A stretch of DNA of 64,000 nucleotides from Guillardia theta CCMP2712 (taxonomy: Eukaryota; Protista; Cryptophyta): the NCBI RefSeq assembly GCF_000315625.1, contig NW_005434620.1, forward strand, positions 207,694 to 271,693, given 5' to 3'. Shown here piece after piece: positions 34,317 to 47,090 of the stretch. Position 1 is the first letter of the stretch. Each line of letters starts with the position of its first letter. The position numbers were made by a program, and so were the translations under genes. The notes under the pieces are model-generated. The model saw only the letters and a list, made by a program, of their open reading frames with translations. It had not been told where the DNA came from and did no database searches.

Positions 34317-37142
34317 CTATGCGGTTTTCTGTGCGATCTGTTCTTCTATAACCTGGAGTAGCTCCATGCACCTGGCGACAAGCGGGTCCTCAGTCGTGAG
34401 ATCGACTCTCTTAGCCTGCATGAGAAGGTCTTGAACAGCGGTGAGGGTGAACATAATGTTGTCATGCTCCTTGGTGACCAGCACCATCATCTTGGATCGA
34501 ACCTTCTCCTGCGCCTGCATCTTTTCTCTGACTTCGGCCAGTCGCTGAACGATTTCATGAGCAAGCTCGTACTCCTGCAGACGGAACCGAAAGATCTCCT
34601 GCTCCCCTCTCTCACTGACGAAGCAGCAGACAGCACGTACCTCGTGGGCTTGTTCGAGAGCCTCCAGCGTGTCTTCCTCCAGCGCATCTGCCGTGATATA
34701 AGGTGCAGCCGATGATGAAGAAGAGGACAGGAGGAAGAGGAGGAGGAGTTCAGAAAGCTGACCTCGCATCCTCTTGAAGACTTGCTGAAGGTTCGCGTTG
34801 AATTCTCTGTTGTGGATGAGCAACAGGGCAAGAGGGAGGGACTAGGTCACTTGACTCTGTGGATGTCCCACTTGGAGATCCAGGGAGGGAGTTCCGCCAT
34901 GCTTTCCTCCTGCAACTTCTTGCGCTCCTGCTCTCGTGGCGTCAGGCAGGCAGGCAGCAGCCATCCAACCTTGCGAGCTTTAGCCGCCAGCAGAAGCGGA
35001 TCGAAGTCTAGCTTGTCGAAATCAACTGAAGTGAATATGTCTCACCCTCCTCCTCCTCCTCCTCCTCTCCCCCTTCTCTCTCGCACTCGCACCTTTGAGG
35101 TTCACTGCGATGCTGGAAGCTCCCCCCCCTCTCCGAGTGAGCTGGTGCCAACCTTGAAGGGAAGGCTGCTTCTCGAGCTTCCTGACCTGACAGACCGACA
35201 AGCGTCATCAGCTTGCTTCCTGTCCAGCTAGCGTCCACCGGCAGCTGGACCATCCCGACGGGCTTGTAGAAGCCCTCGAGATCCATGACCATGACCTGCC
35301 GCCACGTCATCAGCTGAAACATGACAAGCTCTCTGCCGTCACCTCCAGCTCGATAATGGACTCGACGCCTCGCACGTTGAACTTGAAGCTGCTCTCCCAC
35401 TGCTCGTGTCAGCCTGGACATGCCAACAGCAGCGTCACCCGCGGCTTCAGCGTGCGAGCAACGACGTCGCGCGTGTACTGATTGGGGGTCTTGTCCTCGA
35501 AGTCCTGGACGCGAGAACCAGGTCAGAGCATGCGAGGCGGCGGGGGAAGGAGCACAGGTTTGCTCGTTTGAATGGTCGGGAAGACTCGGATATGGACGAA
35601 CGAATCTGCGCCTGAAGCAGGAGGAGATGTCAGACAGAGACAGGAAGGGGGAGGAGGCTGACCGTGATGGTCGTCGACCTTGTTGATCCCCCGAGCTTCG
35701 ACCACTAGCAACTGAAGAACGTCAGAGGTCATGCAGGCAGGAGGAGAAAGTCACATCAACAGTGCCGTAGGTCTCAACGCCCCCAGCCCCGCTGATCTCC
35801 TTGTTCCTGTCATCTATCATCTTGCTCTTGGCCGAGATCGCCGAGGATCGTAGCAGCCCGACGGTATTGTCCAGCTCCTGAGGAGGAGACGTCAGTCACA
35901 GCCTCTTGCTCCTCCTCATACGCAGTCACCTGATTCTCTTTGGTCAGAGCCGACCACATCTCCGAGCTCCTCGGGTCCAAGTTGAGCCTCACGCGGTTCC
36001 CCTCCCTCGCGTTGCTCGTTGACTTGGCGTCTCCTCTCGACTTGCTTGAGTCCGCTTGCGCTCCTTCTCCCGCAGCTGCCTCCTCTAGGTCCAGCTCCTG
36101 CGTCCTCACGTGAGGCAACGGAGAGGTTCCTACCGAGCCACCTCTTCGATATCCGCTGCAGCCTCGTCATCCGGCAGCTCCTGGGGAGCTGCTGGGCTCT
36201 GAAAGATCTCCTTATCCAGCTCCACAGCGTCTGTCGCCTGTAAGACGGTCAGAGGCGTCAAGGAGGGTCATCGGCCACCGGCTTCCTCGACCCCTTGGAA
36301 GAGACTCGCTTGAACTTGTCCTCCTCCCCCTCCTCCCCCTCCCCCCCTGTGGTTCGATCAGCAAGATCGTTGAATCGACTGCTCGCACCTGCTGATGGCG
36401 CTTGCTCGGTCTGATAGTAGGGGAGCACCTGAGGGGAGGGGGCGCGGTCGGGGCCTCTCCTCCTCTCCCTCAGCTTCCTCCACTCAGCGGCTGCTCGGCT
36501 TGGCTTCGGCAACCTGACGAGCATCCAAGTCAGACAACGGGCAACATGCGCGGATACTGACATGCGGCGAGAGGAGACGGACAGGCGCTGGAGCTCCTGC
36601 TCCTCCTCCTTGAGCGAGGGGGCTGGGGTGCTGGCAACGCTGTCGAGCTTGTGACTGGACATCCTCTTGACCGCAGGCTTCGGCGCCTCCTCTGCCTTGC
36701 TCGCTGTTGGCGTCTGACTTGGCGCCTCGTCGATCTTGTCGGTCAGGACGTCTGCGAGCTGCTCGCGGGTGGTGGCGGACCAGTTCACGTCACCGTTGAG
36801 GATGTCTCGGATGTCGTCAGGGCAGATCTCAAGGAAGTCGCTCGTCCACACGAGGAAGATCACTTGCTTCTTCAGGTTGTTAACCTCCGACCGCACGAAC
36901 CTGAACGCCTCCCACTTGGGGATGCGAACGGACGACACGTCGATGATGTACAACATGACGCTCGCGTCCTCCGACGTCTCCTTCAGCTCCTCGAGGTCTG
37001 AGGCAAGGACGGGGAGAACCTCCTTCCCCTGCAGGATCGTCTGAACCTCCTGCACCAGCCCCCCCTCCTTGAGCTCGCGCTCCTCGGCGAAGATGCAGAG
37101 CTTCTTCAGCGTCTGCTTCTTCCTGCGAAAGAACCTGAACAT
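34317..37142 (-). CDS. multi-exon protein with central C2 domain and C-terminal helical/coiled-coil region
   Basis: LLVVEARGINKVDD..DSFVHIRV..WESSFKFNV..LEVMVMD..KPVGMVQLPV C2 pattern across short exons; start 37142, stop 34317. Confidence 0.65.
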
Positions 37143-37288
37143 GGCGCTCCTGCTTCAGCTTGCAGCCCCGAGGAGCGAGTTTGCTGCCATCCTCTTCCTC
37201 ACATCGCTGCTGGTAGCAACAGGATTGCTGCGAACACCATGTGGACAGTGAATATGGAGGAGGGAGAGGGAGGGAGAGGGAAGAAGAG

Positions 37289-37411
37289 GAGAGGACGAGA
37301 GGACGAGAGGACGAGAGGACGAGAGGACGAGAGGACGAGAGGACGAGAGGACGAGAGGACGAGAGGACGAGAGGACGAGAGGACGAGAGGACGAGAGGAC
37401 GAGAGGACGAG
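37289..37411. repeat. 8-bp tandem repeat (GAGAGGAC) x ~15
   Basis: Direct reading. Confidence 0.95.
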
Positions 37412-37941
37412 GAGTAGGAGGGGTGCAGCAGCGTCGAAGGATGCGGGAAAGGGAGCTCCAGGTATTTTTAAGGTATTGGAACTTCGGGTAGGGAGGGCCG
37501 TTAAATCTGGGAGGGGAGGGGAAGGCAGGGGAGGGGAGAGGGAGGCAGGGGGAGGCAGTGGGGGGAGGGAGGAGTGGGAGGAGGACGGGGAGTATGAGAG
37601 GAGTAGGGACAGGAAGGCAGGGAAGCGGGATGAAAGCAGATGTGGGAGCGAGAGGGAGAAGTGACAGAAGTTGTCACATAATGCAAGAGGACAAGAATGA
37701 TGGAGGAGGATGCGAGGGAGGAGTCAGGCATGCAGCATGTAACATGCAGTATGTAGAATCTTTCAACAAGTCGTCAGATGGAGGAGCAATGCGTTGAAGT
37801 CCTCTTTCATTCTTAATGTAGCATGCTCTATGTACAACATCAAGACACACGATCTTGTTCGCAAGTCGCCTGTACGACTCTCCTCATCGACCTTGTATCC
37901 TGCTGGTCGTGAGCCCATGGAGCACAAGCATGAAGATGACT

Positions 37942-40900
37942 TCACCTGTGAACGAGGGAGGAGGAGACGGAGAAATCCTTGCGCCTTGACCCATGAGAGT
38001 CACTCGACTCCGCCTGACGCAGGGACCTGTAGCTAGGACGATTGCTGCTGTTGCCATAGTCCTCGAAGATAGTGATCTCCGGGAGAGACGTGATGTGCAA
38101 CGAGTCCAACAAGCTCTCCTCTCCCTTCCTCTCCTCCTCCTGGTCTGCCATGAAAGTCAGGCGAGCTTGTCTTGTCACCGTATCCCTCACCTGACTTCTC
38201 ACCGTCTTCTTCTGTCTCGCTTGTGCTCTGTCCTCGCTCGTGTTGTGCCTCTACAACCCGAATCGCCGCTGACTCTCCTCGCTCGTTGTCATGTGGCCTT
38301 GTCCTCGTCTGCGTCTTGGGGTTGACTGGCTTGACGGCAGTTGACTTCTTGTCGCCTCCACCCGCATGTCTTGTTCCCTCTTTCTCCTCCGGCGACTCCT
38401 TGACAGGAGAAGCGAGACTGGAACCCCTGCTGGGGGGACGGAGGCTGGTCTTGGGAGGAGGAGACTTTGCGATCTGGAACGAAGAAGGTTGCAAGAGGAA
38501 GGTTATGATGAGAAAGAAGGTGAGAGGAGAGGAGAGGTGAAGCTATAGTCTCTCACCTCCTGTACAGCTTTGAGGATCTCCGTCTTGAACCTCACTAGCT
38601 GCTCGTTCATGGCGCGCATCTCACGCTGACAGCAGGAAATTGATTCGAAGGCGAGGAGGAGGGAGAGAAACAAGAGAAACATACCTGAGCGATGAAACTT
38701 CCTTTCTCTGAGTCCATTCTGAACGATCCCCTCATTCCTGAAGCGATGATGATTGATGGAACATATACAATTGAACAATCACCAGACGTTCCTTTGTTTT
38801 CGCGCTCGAAGAACAAGTTTTGACCGTAGAGATTGTTTGCTAGTCGTTTGCATCTGAACATGCTTCAGCAATCAACACCAACTCTGTCTGCAGCTTGCCT
38901 GTCCATCTCATGTGGGAACTCGTGCAACGCGAGGAGAAACTCTTTGCGCTCGAGGAAGAGGAGCTCGCAGCAGGCGCACGCCTGACCCTCTTTCGTCAAA
39001 CCCTCAGGTCGAACCCTCTCCTCCTCCCTCCTCCCTCCTCCCTCCTCCCTCCTCCCTCCTCCCTCCTCCCTCCTCCCTCCTCCCTCCTCCCTCCTCCCTC
39101 CTCCTTCCTCCCTCCTCAGGACGTTCCTGCACATGATAAGGCCACTTGGTTTCCTCCATGAGCGCCTGTTCTCCCATGAGCTCTCCTTCCTCCTTGAAGC
39201 CAACCTCCAGCTCTCGTCAAGCTCAGCCCGGGCACGAGAAGCGGAGTACCTCGTAGAGAGAAACTTTCATGCTGCTCGCCTTCTGCTCTGCCGGCACCTC
39301 GTTGTTGCTCCACGCGTTCTTTGCGTCTGCCTTGTCGTCAGAGGCTGAGAGGTGAGGTGAGAAAATGTACGTGAGTAGTTGAGGAGCCGAACTTGTCCTC
39401 GAGCTAAGAGGTAAACTCCATCGCACTTGTCGCAAAACCGGTCAAAGTCACAAGATCGCGATGCGTTCTTCACCTTGTCATCTTTGAGTGCAAGCATGTC
39501 CTTGGAGACGCAGTAGATGGACTGATGGACTCGTCAACAAGCAGCACTCGCACACCTCCCAAGACCTGCACGACATTCGACAGACGTCGAACACACTCGC
39601 TATCCATGCCCTTCAACAAGATGATGAGGAGAAGAGCAAGCAGAGGAGCAGGAAGCGGCTCAGACGCTGCGATGGAGTCGAGGAGAAGAAAGGGGAACGG
39701 GCAGGGGGAGGAGCAACCTGAAAGTATGGCACACGAGAGACAAGAGCGATGGATCGAAAAAGAGCCTAAGGGAACAAAACGATGAGCGGTATGACAATGA
39801 TTGTCATAAGAAGGAGGGGGACATGAGGAGGAGGAGGAAAAGGAGAAGAATGACAGGAGCAGGAGCAGCAGGAGCAGGAGCAGGAGGAGCAGGAGGAGCA
39901 GGAGGAGGAGAGAGGAGGAGGATATTTTAAGAGCATTACCATGTTTGATTGTGCTCCATGGGACAAGCTCCCTGGACAACGATGAGGGTGAATTGCGATG
40001 AGACGTTCATACCAATGATCTCAGACTCGTCGAGAAGTTGATTGGTCTGCCATCGCCAAGCACACTGAGATGAGAGGAAGGAGTCAGCAAAACAAACAAA
40101 AAATCATGTGTGCTATGATGAAACAAGGCTTTCTCCTCAGCTCCAGCTCCTTCTCACCTGTTCCAGCAGCGATCGTTTCAACTCTTTCGGCAGATTTCGA
40201 AACCTCGAGTAGTTGAGAATCCGCTGGAGCTGAGAAACAGGACGAGTTAGGACTGGTTCGCCCTATTCGACGCGAGTTAAGTCTGACGTACGACGGACCT
40301 GAAGCTGAAACCTCGCGTTCTCACGGTTTCTGACGTGCATGAGGTCTGTGCAGACTGACAGTGCGTAGGTCTTGACGCCAACGAGTCAACTTGACTTTGA
40401 CAAGCCGCAACAGTCACCATGAACGCGACGCCCAACCATGTGACGAAGATGGAGTAGGAGACTTCGAGAGGAGATCTGAAAGCAGAAGCTGAGAAGAGCT
40501 GGGAAGGCGAGAGAAGAGAGCTGAGAAGAGCTGGGAAAGTGAGGGATCAGAAGCCTTTCACACCTGATGACCAAGTCGCCGTTGCCGAGTAGACACAAAA
40601 CTTGCGAGGCGAACTTCAAAGCATGTGCGTACCTGAAAGAAGTCAAGATGCAAATGTGACGAGCTGCTAAGAAGAAGGAGAGGAAGTTGATCGATGAAAG
40701 GAGACGGGAAATGGAGAGGACAAAGAAGAGGAAGGAAAACTGAGAACGGAGACGAGGAGGAGGAGTAGGAGGAGGAGGAGAGAGGGAAAAAGAGGAGGAG
40801 GAGAAAGAGGAAGAGAACTTTATCATGGGGTGTTGTGTCGACAGGTCGTTGAGCTCAAGCCACTAACTCTTCTGTCANNNNNNNNNNNNNNNNNNNNNNN

Positions 40901-43021
40901 NNNNNNNNNNNNNNNNNNNNNNNNNNNNNNNNNNNNNNNNNNNNNNNNNNNNNNNNNNNNNNNNNNNNNNNNNNNNNNNNNNNNNNNNNNNNNNNNNNNN
41001 NNNNNNNNNNNNNNNNNNNNNNNNNNNNNNNNNNNNNNNNNNNNNNNNNNNNNNNNNNNNNNNNNNNNNNNNNNNNNNNNNNNNNNNNNNNNNNNNNNNN
41101 NNNNNNNNNNNNNNNNNNNNNNNNNNNNNNNNCCTCCTCCTCCTCCGCCCTCCTCCTCCTCCTCCTCCTCCTCCTCCTCCTCCTCCTCCTCCTCCTCCTC
41201 CTCCTCCTCCTCTTCCTCCCTTCTCTTCTCTTCCCGCTATTCTTCTTCCCACTACTACTTCCCTTTCCCCGTTCCAATGCTCTCTTGCACCCGCTCCCCG
41301 TCCTCCCTGTCACCCCTCCTCCCCCTGCACCTGATCGAAGGGTCGGACAAGAACGCAAGCCCGCAAGCCACCCAGTGGCACATGATAATGTAGACGGTAA
41401 CCACCTGGAAGAGAAGGGCGAGAGCTCAGTACATGAGGAGCGAAACGGATGATCGACATGTCGACCAGCCGAGGAGGGCGATAACAGGAGCAGCAGCAGA
41501 AGCGACAGGAAACCATTCCGAAAGGAGGGGGGGAGAGGAGGAGGAGGAGGAGGAGGAGCACCAGCACCAGCCGGAGAAAGCACCTGGAGGTAGATCCATC
41601 GCTGACGTATGTTGGTAGAGACTGTGCTGGCCTGCTCGTGGGATGAGTTTCAACTAGGGGACTCACATCCTGTCACGTAGAAGTTGTAGAGCTTGCGGAA
41701 GCGATAAATGCGAAGAGCCTTGCCTGTGAAGATAAAAAGGAGGAGAGGAGGAGAGAGAACAAGGAGGAGAGAGAAGAAGAAGGGAGAAGAAGGGAGAAGG
41801 AGGGAGAAGGAGGGAGAAGGAGGGGACAAAAGAAAAGTAGAAGTCAGTAACTTCATGATGAGTTGTTTCACCAAATATTCACCGAGTTTTGAAAGTTTGA
41901 AGAAACGAATGAGAGTCGTACTTGTGTTTTGCTGTTACGAGTTGTCAGCATGTGAAACTCTTCCCTTCCCTTTCAAGAGCCTCCTCTCCTCTCTTCTCCC
42001 CTCCCCTCCCATCCCATTGGCCTCTCCCCTCCCCTCCTCTCCTCTCCTCTCCTCTCCTCTCCCCTCCCATCCCATTCGCCTCTCCTCTCCCCTCCTCTCC
42101 TCTCCTCTCCTCTCCTCTCCTCTCCTCTCCCCTCCCATCCCATTCGCCTCTCCTCTCCCCTCCTCTCCTCTCCTCTCCTCTCCTCTCCTCTCCTCTCCTC
42201 TCCTCTCCTTTGCTTACATTGCTTTCCTTCGACTGAGTCGCTATGGACCACATGATGAGATCGATAGGGAGGGAGGACAGCATATCTAGAAGGAACCAAC
42301 CCTGAGAGCCGCCAACAGTCAGACAAAGAAGCAGATGTGCTCCATGTGTTCACCTGGATGTATGCTTTTGCAATGAGCAGCGGACGAGTTTCAAACTGCT
42401 CAGAAAGGCGGGAAAGGAGCTGAAAATGTTTTTAGAGAGGAAGAAGCGGGGGAACGAGGAGGAGAAGGGGGCGGAGGAGAGAGAAAGGAGGAGAAAGACG
42501 TGAAGGAGGGATCAAGTGATCTTGTGGCTACTTGAACAGCATCTTGAGATGTCGGGTAAGCCATCCTAAATGTCAAGATGACATCGACAAAGAACATCTA
42601 AAATTGAAAATAGAAATATCAGAAACTGCAACCGTTTTGCCGTCTCTCCGCCTTTACTCTCTTCTCCTCCTCCTCTCCTCTCCTCTCCTCTCCTCTCCTC
42701 TCCTCTCCTCTCCTCTCCTCTCCTCTCCTCTCCTCTCTCCTCTCCTCTCCTCTCCTCTCCTCTTCTCCACCAGTATCACCAAATCCATTAAAGTGTGCAT
42801 GATGAACCACAGGTCGTCGATCGAGCAAGTTCCTCCGGCAATACGATACTCAATGACCGTTACTTGCTGTTCATTCACTTCATGTCATTTCATTTCCCTC
42901 TCAATCACACCATGATTGCATCATCATCACTATCACCATCACCACCACCACCACCACAATCATCATCATCATCATCATCATCTTCATCGTCATCATCATC
43001 TTCATCATCATCATCTTCTTC

Positions 43022-43054
<33 letters not shown>

Positions 43055-46009
43055 GTCATCATCGTCATCATCATCATATCCATTATCATCATCGTCGTCG
43101 TCGTCATCATCATCTACATCGTCATCATTCATCTCATCTCAATCAATATCACAGTTTGCTGGATCGTTGGGTCCCTCTTGCACAGTTTCCTGGAAAGCGC
43201 ATTCAGCCATCAACATCATCGATCGTTTTCCTCTTCCACTGACCTCAAGTCGAAACTTTGCTCTTGATCTTGTCGTCTGTTTGCAATCGTTTCATTCATC
43301 TTCTTCCTCTTCATCTCACCAACTCACGTGAACACATAGGAAGGATTCAAGTTCTGCCCTGAGCCACTGAACGTCCCGGTGAGCGAACGGATGGGAGGGA
43401 AGGAGGAGATGGAGGAGAGACCTGTATGCCGAGGGAAGAAAGGAAGAACCGAAACTGATCTGATAGGGCATGCCGAAGACCTGAACACAGGGTTGAGGTG
43501 TGAGGACAAGAGGAGAAGAGAGGAAGAGGAGGAGGATGAAGAATGAAGAAGGATGAGCAAGCGAGGAAAGGAAGCTGGCAGGGAGCGAAGGGGCGAGCAG
43601 GAGCTCAGCTGGCACAGGACGAGGAGAATGAGGAGGTGGCGATACCGCGTAGAGGACGAGGAACATGATGAAAGCATCCCATGTCAGCTTCCATCGTGCT
43701 CGAGGGTTGATGATGCCTGGAGGGAATCGAAACCATTCCTGGAGGAGGAGACGAGTTGAGGAAAGAAGATCTGAACATGCGAAGATGCTGCGACAGAAAG
43801 CGAAGCAGCAAGGGCAGGTGAACCCAGGGTTTAGGTAGCAGACAATGACGATGAGTGAGGAGGAAGACAGGAAAGAAGCGTAAAGGGAGGAAGGAGAGGA
43901 AGAGGGAGAAGAAGAGGAGGGAGAGGAAGAAGTTGATTTACTTTGTTGTCTTCATCCTCGAAGTCAACGATCTGACGCCACAGTTGCTGGTCGACACTGC
44001 AGGAACGAAGGCGGTAAAGGAGATGAGATGGTCAGAAACATCCAGAAACATGAGAAGACGAGGAGGAACACAGCGATTCGAGAAGGAAGGAAAAACGATG
44101 ACAGACAATAAGACATTACAATGGGAGGAGGCGAAAGAGAAGGAGAATGATGAAGAGAACGTTCAGGAGGTGGACGTGGAGGACGTGGAGAAGGAGGAGG
44201 ACGTGGAGGACGTGGAGGACGTGGAGGACGTGGAGGAGGAGGAGGAGGAGGAGGAAGAGTTCTGCTCTTACTCTCTATGATTCAGACGGTTAATCTCTTG
44301 CTCGTCCATGCACGAGAAGCAGCGAGAGATTGACTGATGAAATCTTGAACTCCTCTCTTCCTCTCTCTTCCTCTCACCTCCCTTCCCTTCCCTTCCCTTC
44401 CCTTCCCTTCCCTTTCCTTCCCTTCCCTTCCCTTCCCTTCCTCTCTTACCTGTCCAACGCCCTTTGAAGAAGTGGCTGACAGCTTTGACATGGACGATTT
44501 GCGATCGTTGACGAACTTCCTGTAGTCTGCCCCGAGATCCAAAACCTCCCTCCTGATGTTTCAAGTCAAAGTGACCAAGAAGAGATCCAGGAGGCAACAG
44601 AAAGGAGGCGGGAGCAACATGGAGCAACATGGAGGGAGGTGACAAGGGAAGAGGCAAGAAGATTGTTGATGAACCAAAAAATGCAGAGAGATAGTGGAGA
44701 TGGAGGGGAGAGAGGAGGCAGATAGTGAGAAGGAGAGGAGGAGGCGGAGGTAGGAGATTATAGGGTCACCCGTGTTGCTTCGAGAAGTAGTCTAGAGTTG
44801 CCCGGCTCCTCGACTCCTCCTCGCTCAACGTTTTCTTCTCGGTCGTCCCAAGTTTTTGCACCATGGCAGAGTGAAATTCTTGCTCACAGCATCGGACAAC
44901 CACAAAGAGTTTGGAGTACCTAGAACATCTTGCATCAATGGCTGACAGGACCAATGAAAAGAAAAAAAACATGTCAAAGACGCTCGAATCGATGGCTCTA
45001 ACGCTGCGAACGTGGATATCCACGAAGTGAGCGTCTTCGTGTGGATCTGCTGAGCTGTAAAAGAAAAGCAAACGAACGGGGCAGGTCACTCGGTAAGTTT
45101 GCCATCTTCTTGGACGTTTTTCTCTGCTGTGAGAATTCAGCGTTCAACCCGATGCGTTCCCCTCTAGCGCCTTACATGACTTGCGGCAGCTGGTTGGTCG
45201 CCGGCAGCATCGAGGTGAGTGTAAGTGCAAGTGACCTGCAGGAGGAGCGATCAAGACAAGCAGGAGCAGAGCAGTCTCATCTTCCCACCTCCAGCATGGG
45301 GCGAGAGACTGTTTGACCGTGCAGATGCTGATCGTCGAGCCCGTTGTCCAGCACCGGGTTGAGGTTCAGCCTACCATGCGTCATTCTCGCAGGGCAGAGG
45401 AGGTGAAGATTGCCAGAGGTCCTTGCGCCTTTGAGGATACTGGGAAACAACTCCTGTGCTAGACAAGTGAGCAAAGGGAAAACAAGCAAAGTCGGTACAA
45501 GAACCGTGAAGGGATTCGATGGCTACCGATCCATTGAAAGCCTCCCTGTGATAGCATTCCTCCTACAAGGCACGGAGCGTCATGGCTGACGAGAACGGCA
45601 TCTGGCCTTCACATTCTGTTTGTCTGAAACGCCATAGATCGAGAAGTGAATCCTCTCGTTCATGATGTCACTCTGAATCCAGTTGTCAGACAACGTATTT
45701 CTTTGTCGTACAAAACAGTCTCATACCCTCTTGATGCCGGCTCTGTACTTCTCATGACAAAACACTACAACAGCAAACACCGTCAATCAAACATGATCGT
45801 GCGAACTGAGTGAGACGTCCACTCACCCATCGCGTATTGTTTCTTCCCACTCTCAGATCTTCCAAAGACTTTCAGCACTGAAACGTGAAAGGAGCATGAA
45901 AAGACTTCAGAGGTCAACAAACAGAGGATGGGTAGAAACGCTCACCAGGAGCAAGATGCTCCATATCTTCTGCATTCATCTTTTCCACGAGCTCATCGAT
46001 GGTCTCCAT
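37942..46009 (-). CDS. cyclic-nucleotide-binding-domain cation channel (CNG/HCN/KCNH-like), many exons, interrupted by gap; linkage of 5' exons uncertain
   Basis: S1 IINPRARWKLTWDAFIMFLVLYAVFGMPYQISF, S2 FFVDVILTFRMAY, S4 ALRIYRFRKL, pore YAHALKFASQVLCLLGNGDL, S6 IFVTWLGVAFMVTVAA, C-linker WRWQTNQLLDESEII, CNBD-like CDGVYLLARGQ. Confidence 0.75.
40878..41132. other. assembly gap (255 N) at a (CCT)n tract
   Basis: Run of N. Confidence 1.
41980..43135. repeat. intronic microsatellites: (CCTCT)n with CCCATCCCATT inserts, (CCTCT)n, (CAT)n
   Basis: Direct reading; the tracts lie between spliceable channel exons. Confidence 0.9.
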
Positions 46010-46316
46010 TCCTGACGGTGAAAGAGCAAGCAAGTCATCGAAACATTCTCAGTGTCACTCCGATCATTTCGTCACTCGTCACGCCGTGTCGCTTGCAAGC
46101 CGCTGAGCCTTCGATGATTCTCCTCTCTTCTCTCTCTCTCTCATTCACTCTCCTCGCTCCTAATCCTGTCCCTTCTTCCTCTCATGATCACCTGTGATGC
46201 CGCTGAATCGCCGACCCAGCATGGTACCCTTGATGTACCTAGTCAAACAAAACTGCCACGAAAGGGGGCAACCCGGCCCGCGCCCGGTAAACTTGAATTG
46301 ATAGGCTAGTAGGCCT

Positions 46317-46615
46317 GGTACTGAAGCCTGGCAGCTGGCAGGAGAGCTTAGGGTACTGAAGCCTGCGGCATTGAAGCCTGCGGCAGCTGGCAGGAGAGCT
46401 TAGGGTTTGGGCAGGAGAGCTTAGGGTACTGAAGCCTGCGGCAGCTTGGCACTGGGAGAGCTTAGGGTACTGAAGCCTGCGGCGGCAGCTGGCAGGAGAG
46501 CTTAGGGTACTGAAGCCTGGCAGCTTGTAGGGTACTGAAGGGCCTGGCAGCTGGCACCGGGAGAGCTTAGGCCCGTACTGAAGCCTGCGGCAGCTGGCAG
46601 GAGAGCTTAGGGTAC
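46317..46615. repeat. ~37-bp minisatellite (GGGTACTGAAGCCTGCGGCAGCTGGCAGGAGAGCTTA) x ~8
   Basis: Head-to-tail copies differing mostly by small indels. Confidence 0.92.
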
Positions 46616-47090
46616 ATCCAAAAGAACCAGCGGTGACGCCAACTCAGTGATCTTGCAACTTGACAAGCCTGCCCGGGCGCGGCTGAAATGCCGCAGTGCC
46701 ATCTTCACTGAGGATGAGAATATAAGATATCACAGATCATATCTTTATAATTATAAGGTATTATATATCTTTATATAATTATAAGGTATTATATCATTTC
46801 TTTATAATTTGACGGTCAGTTGCTCTTGCGACGGCCCGATGACGACCACTGGAAATGGAGGGAAAGGAGCAAACTGACCGCGCAGAAGCGGGATGAGAGG
46901 CTGAGAGAGGAAGGAGGAAGCGATAAGCTCCTACTTGTTGGTGGGAGGAGAGCATTTGTATGAGAGAGCAGCCGTGTCGTTCTCGTTCAGGTGCTCGCAC
47001 ACGTGTTTGCTCTTGCAATCAGAAATGCTGTTTCGTTCCGGGCGCTGAACTTTTTCATCGCATGAAGGACTGACAGATCTCAGCAGGAAG

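Noticed and set aside
42795-43331. Poly-His, poly-Asp, poly-Met and poly-Ser ORFs
   Set aside because: They are translations of an intronic (CAT)n microsatellite between channel exons
46317-46615. CRISPR array or telomere (37-bp repeats containing TTAGGG)
   Set aside because: Copies are head-to-tail with no unique spacers, there are no cas genes, the context is eukaryotic, and TTAGGG is not itself tandem
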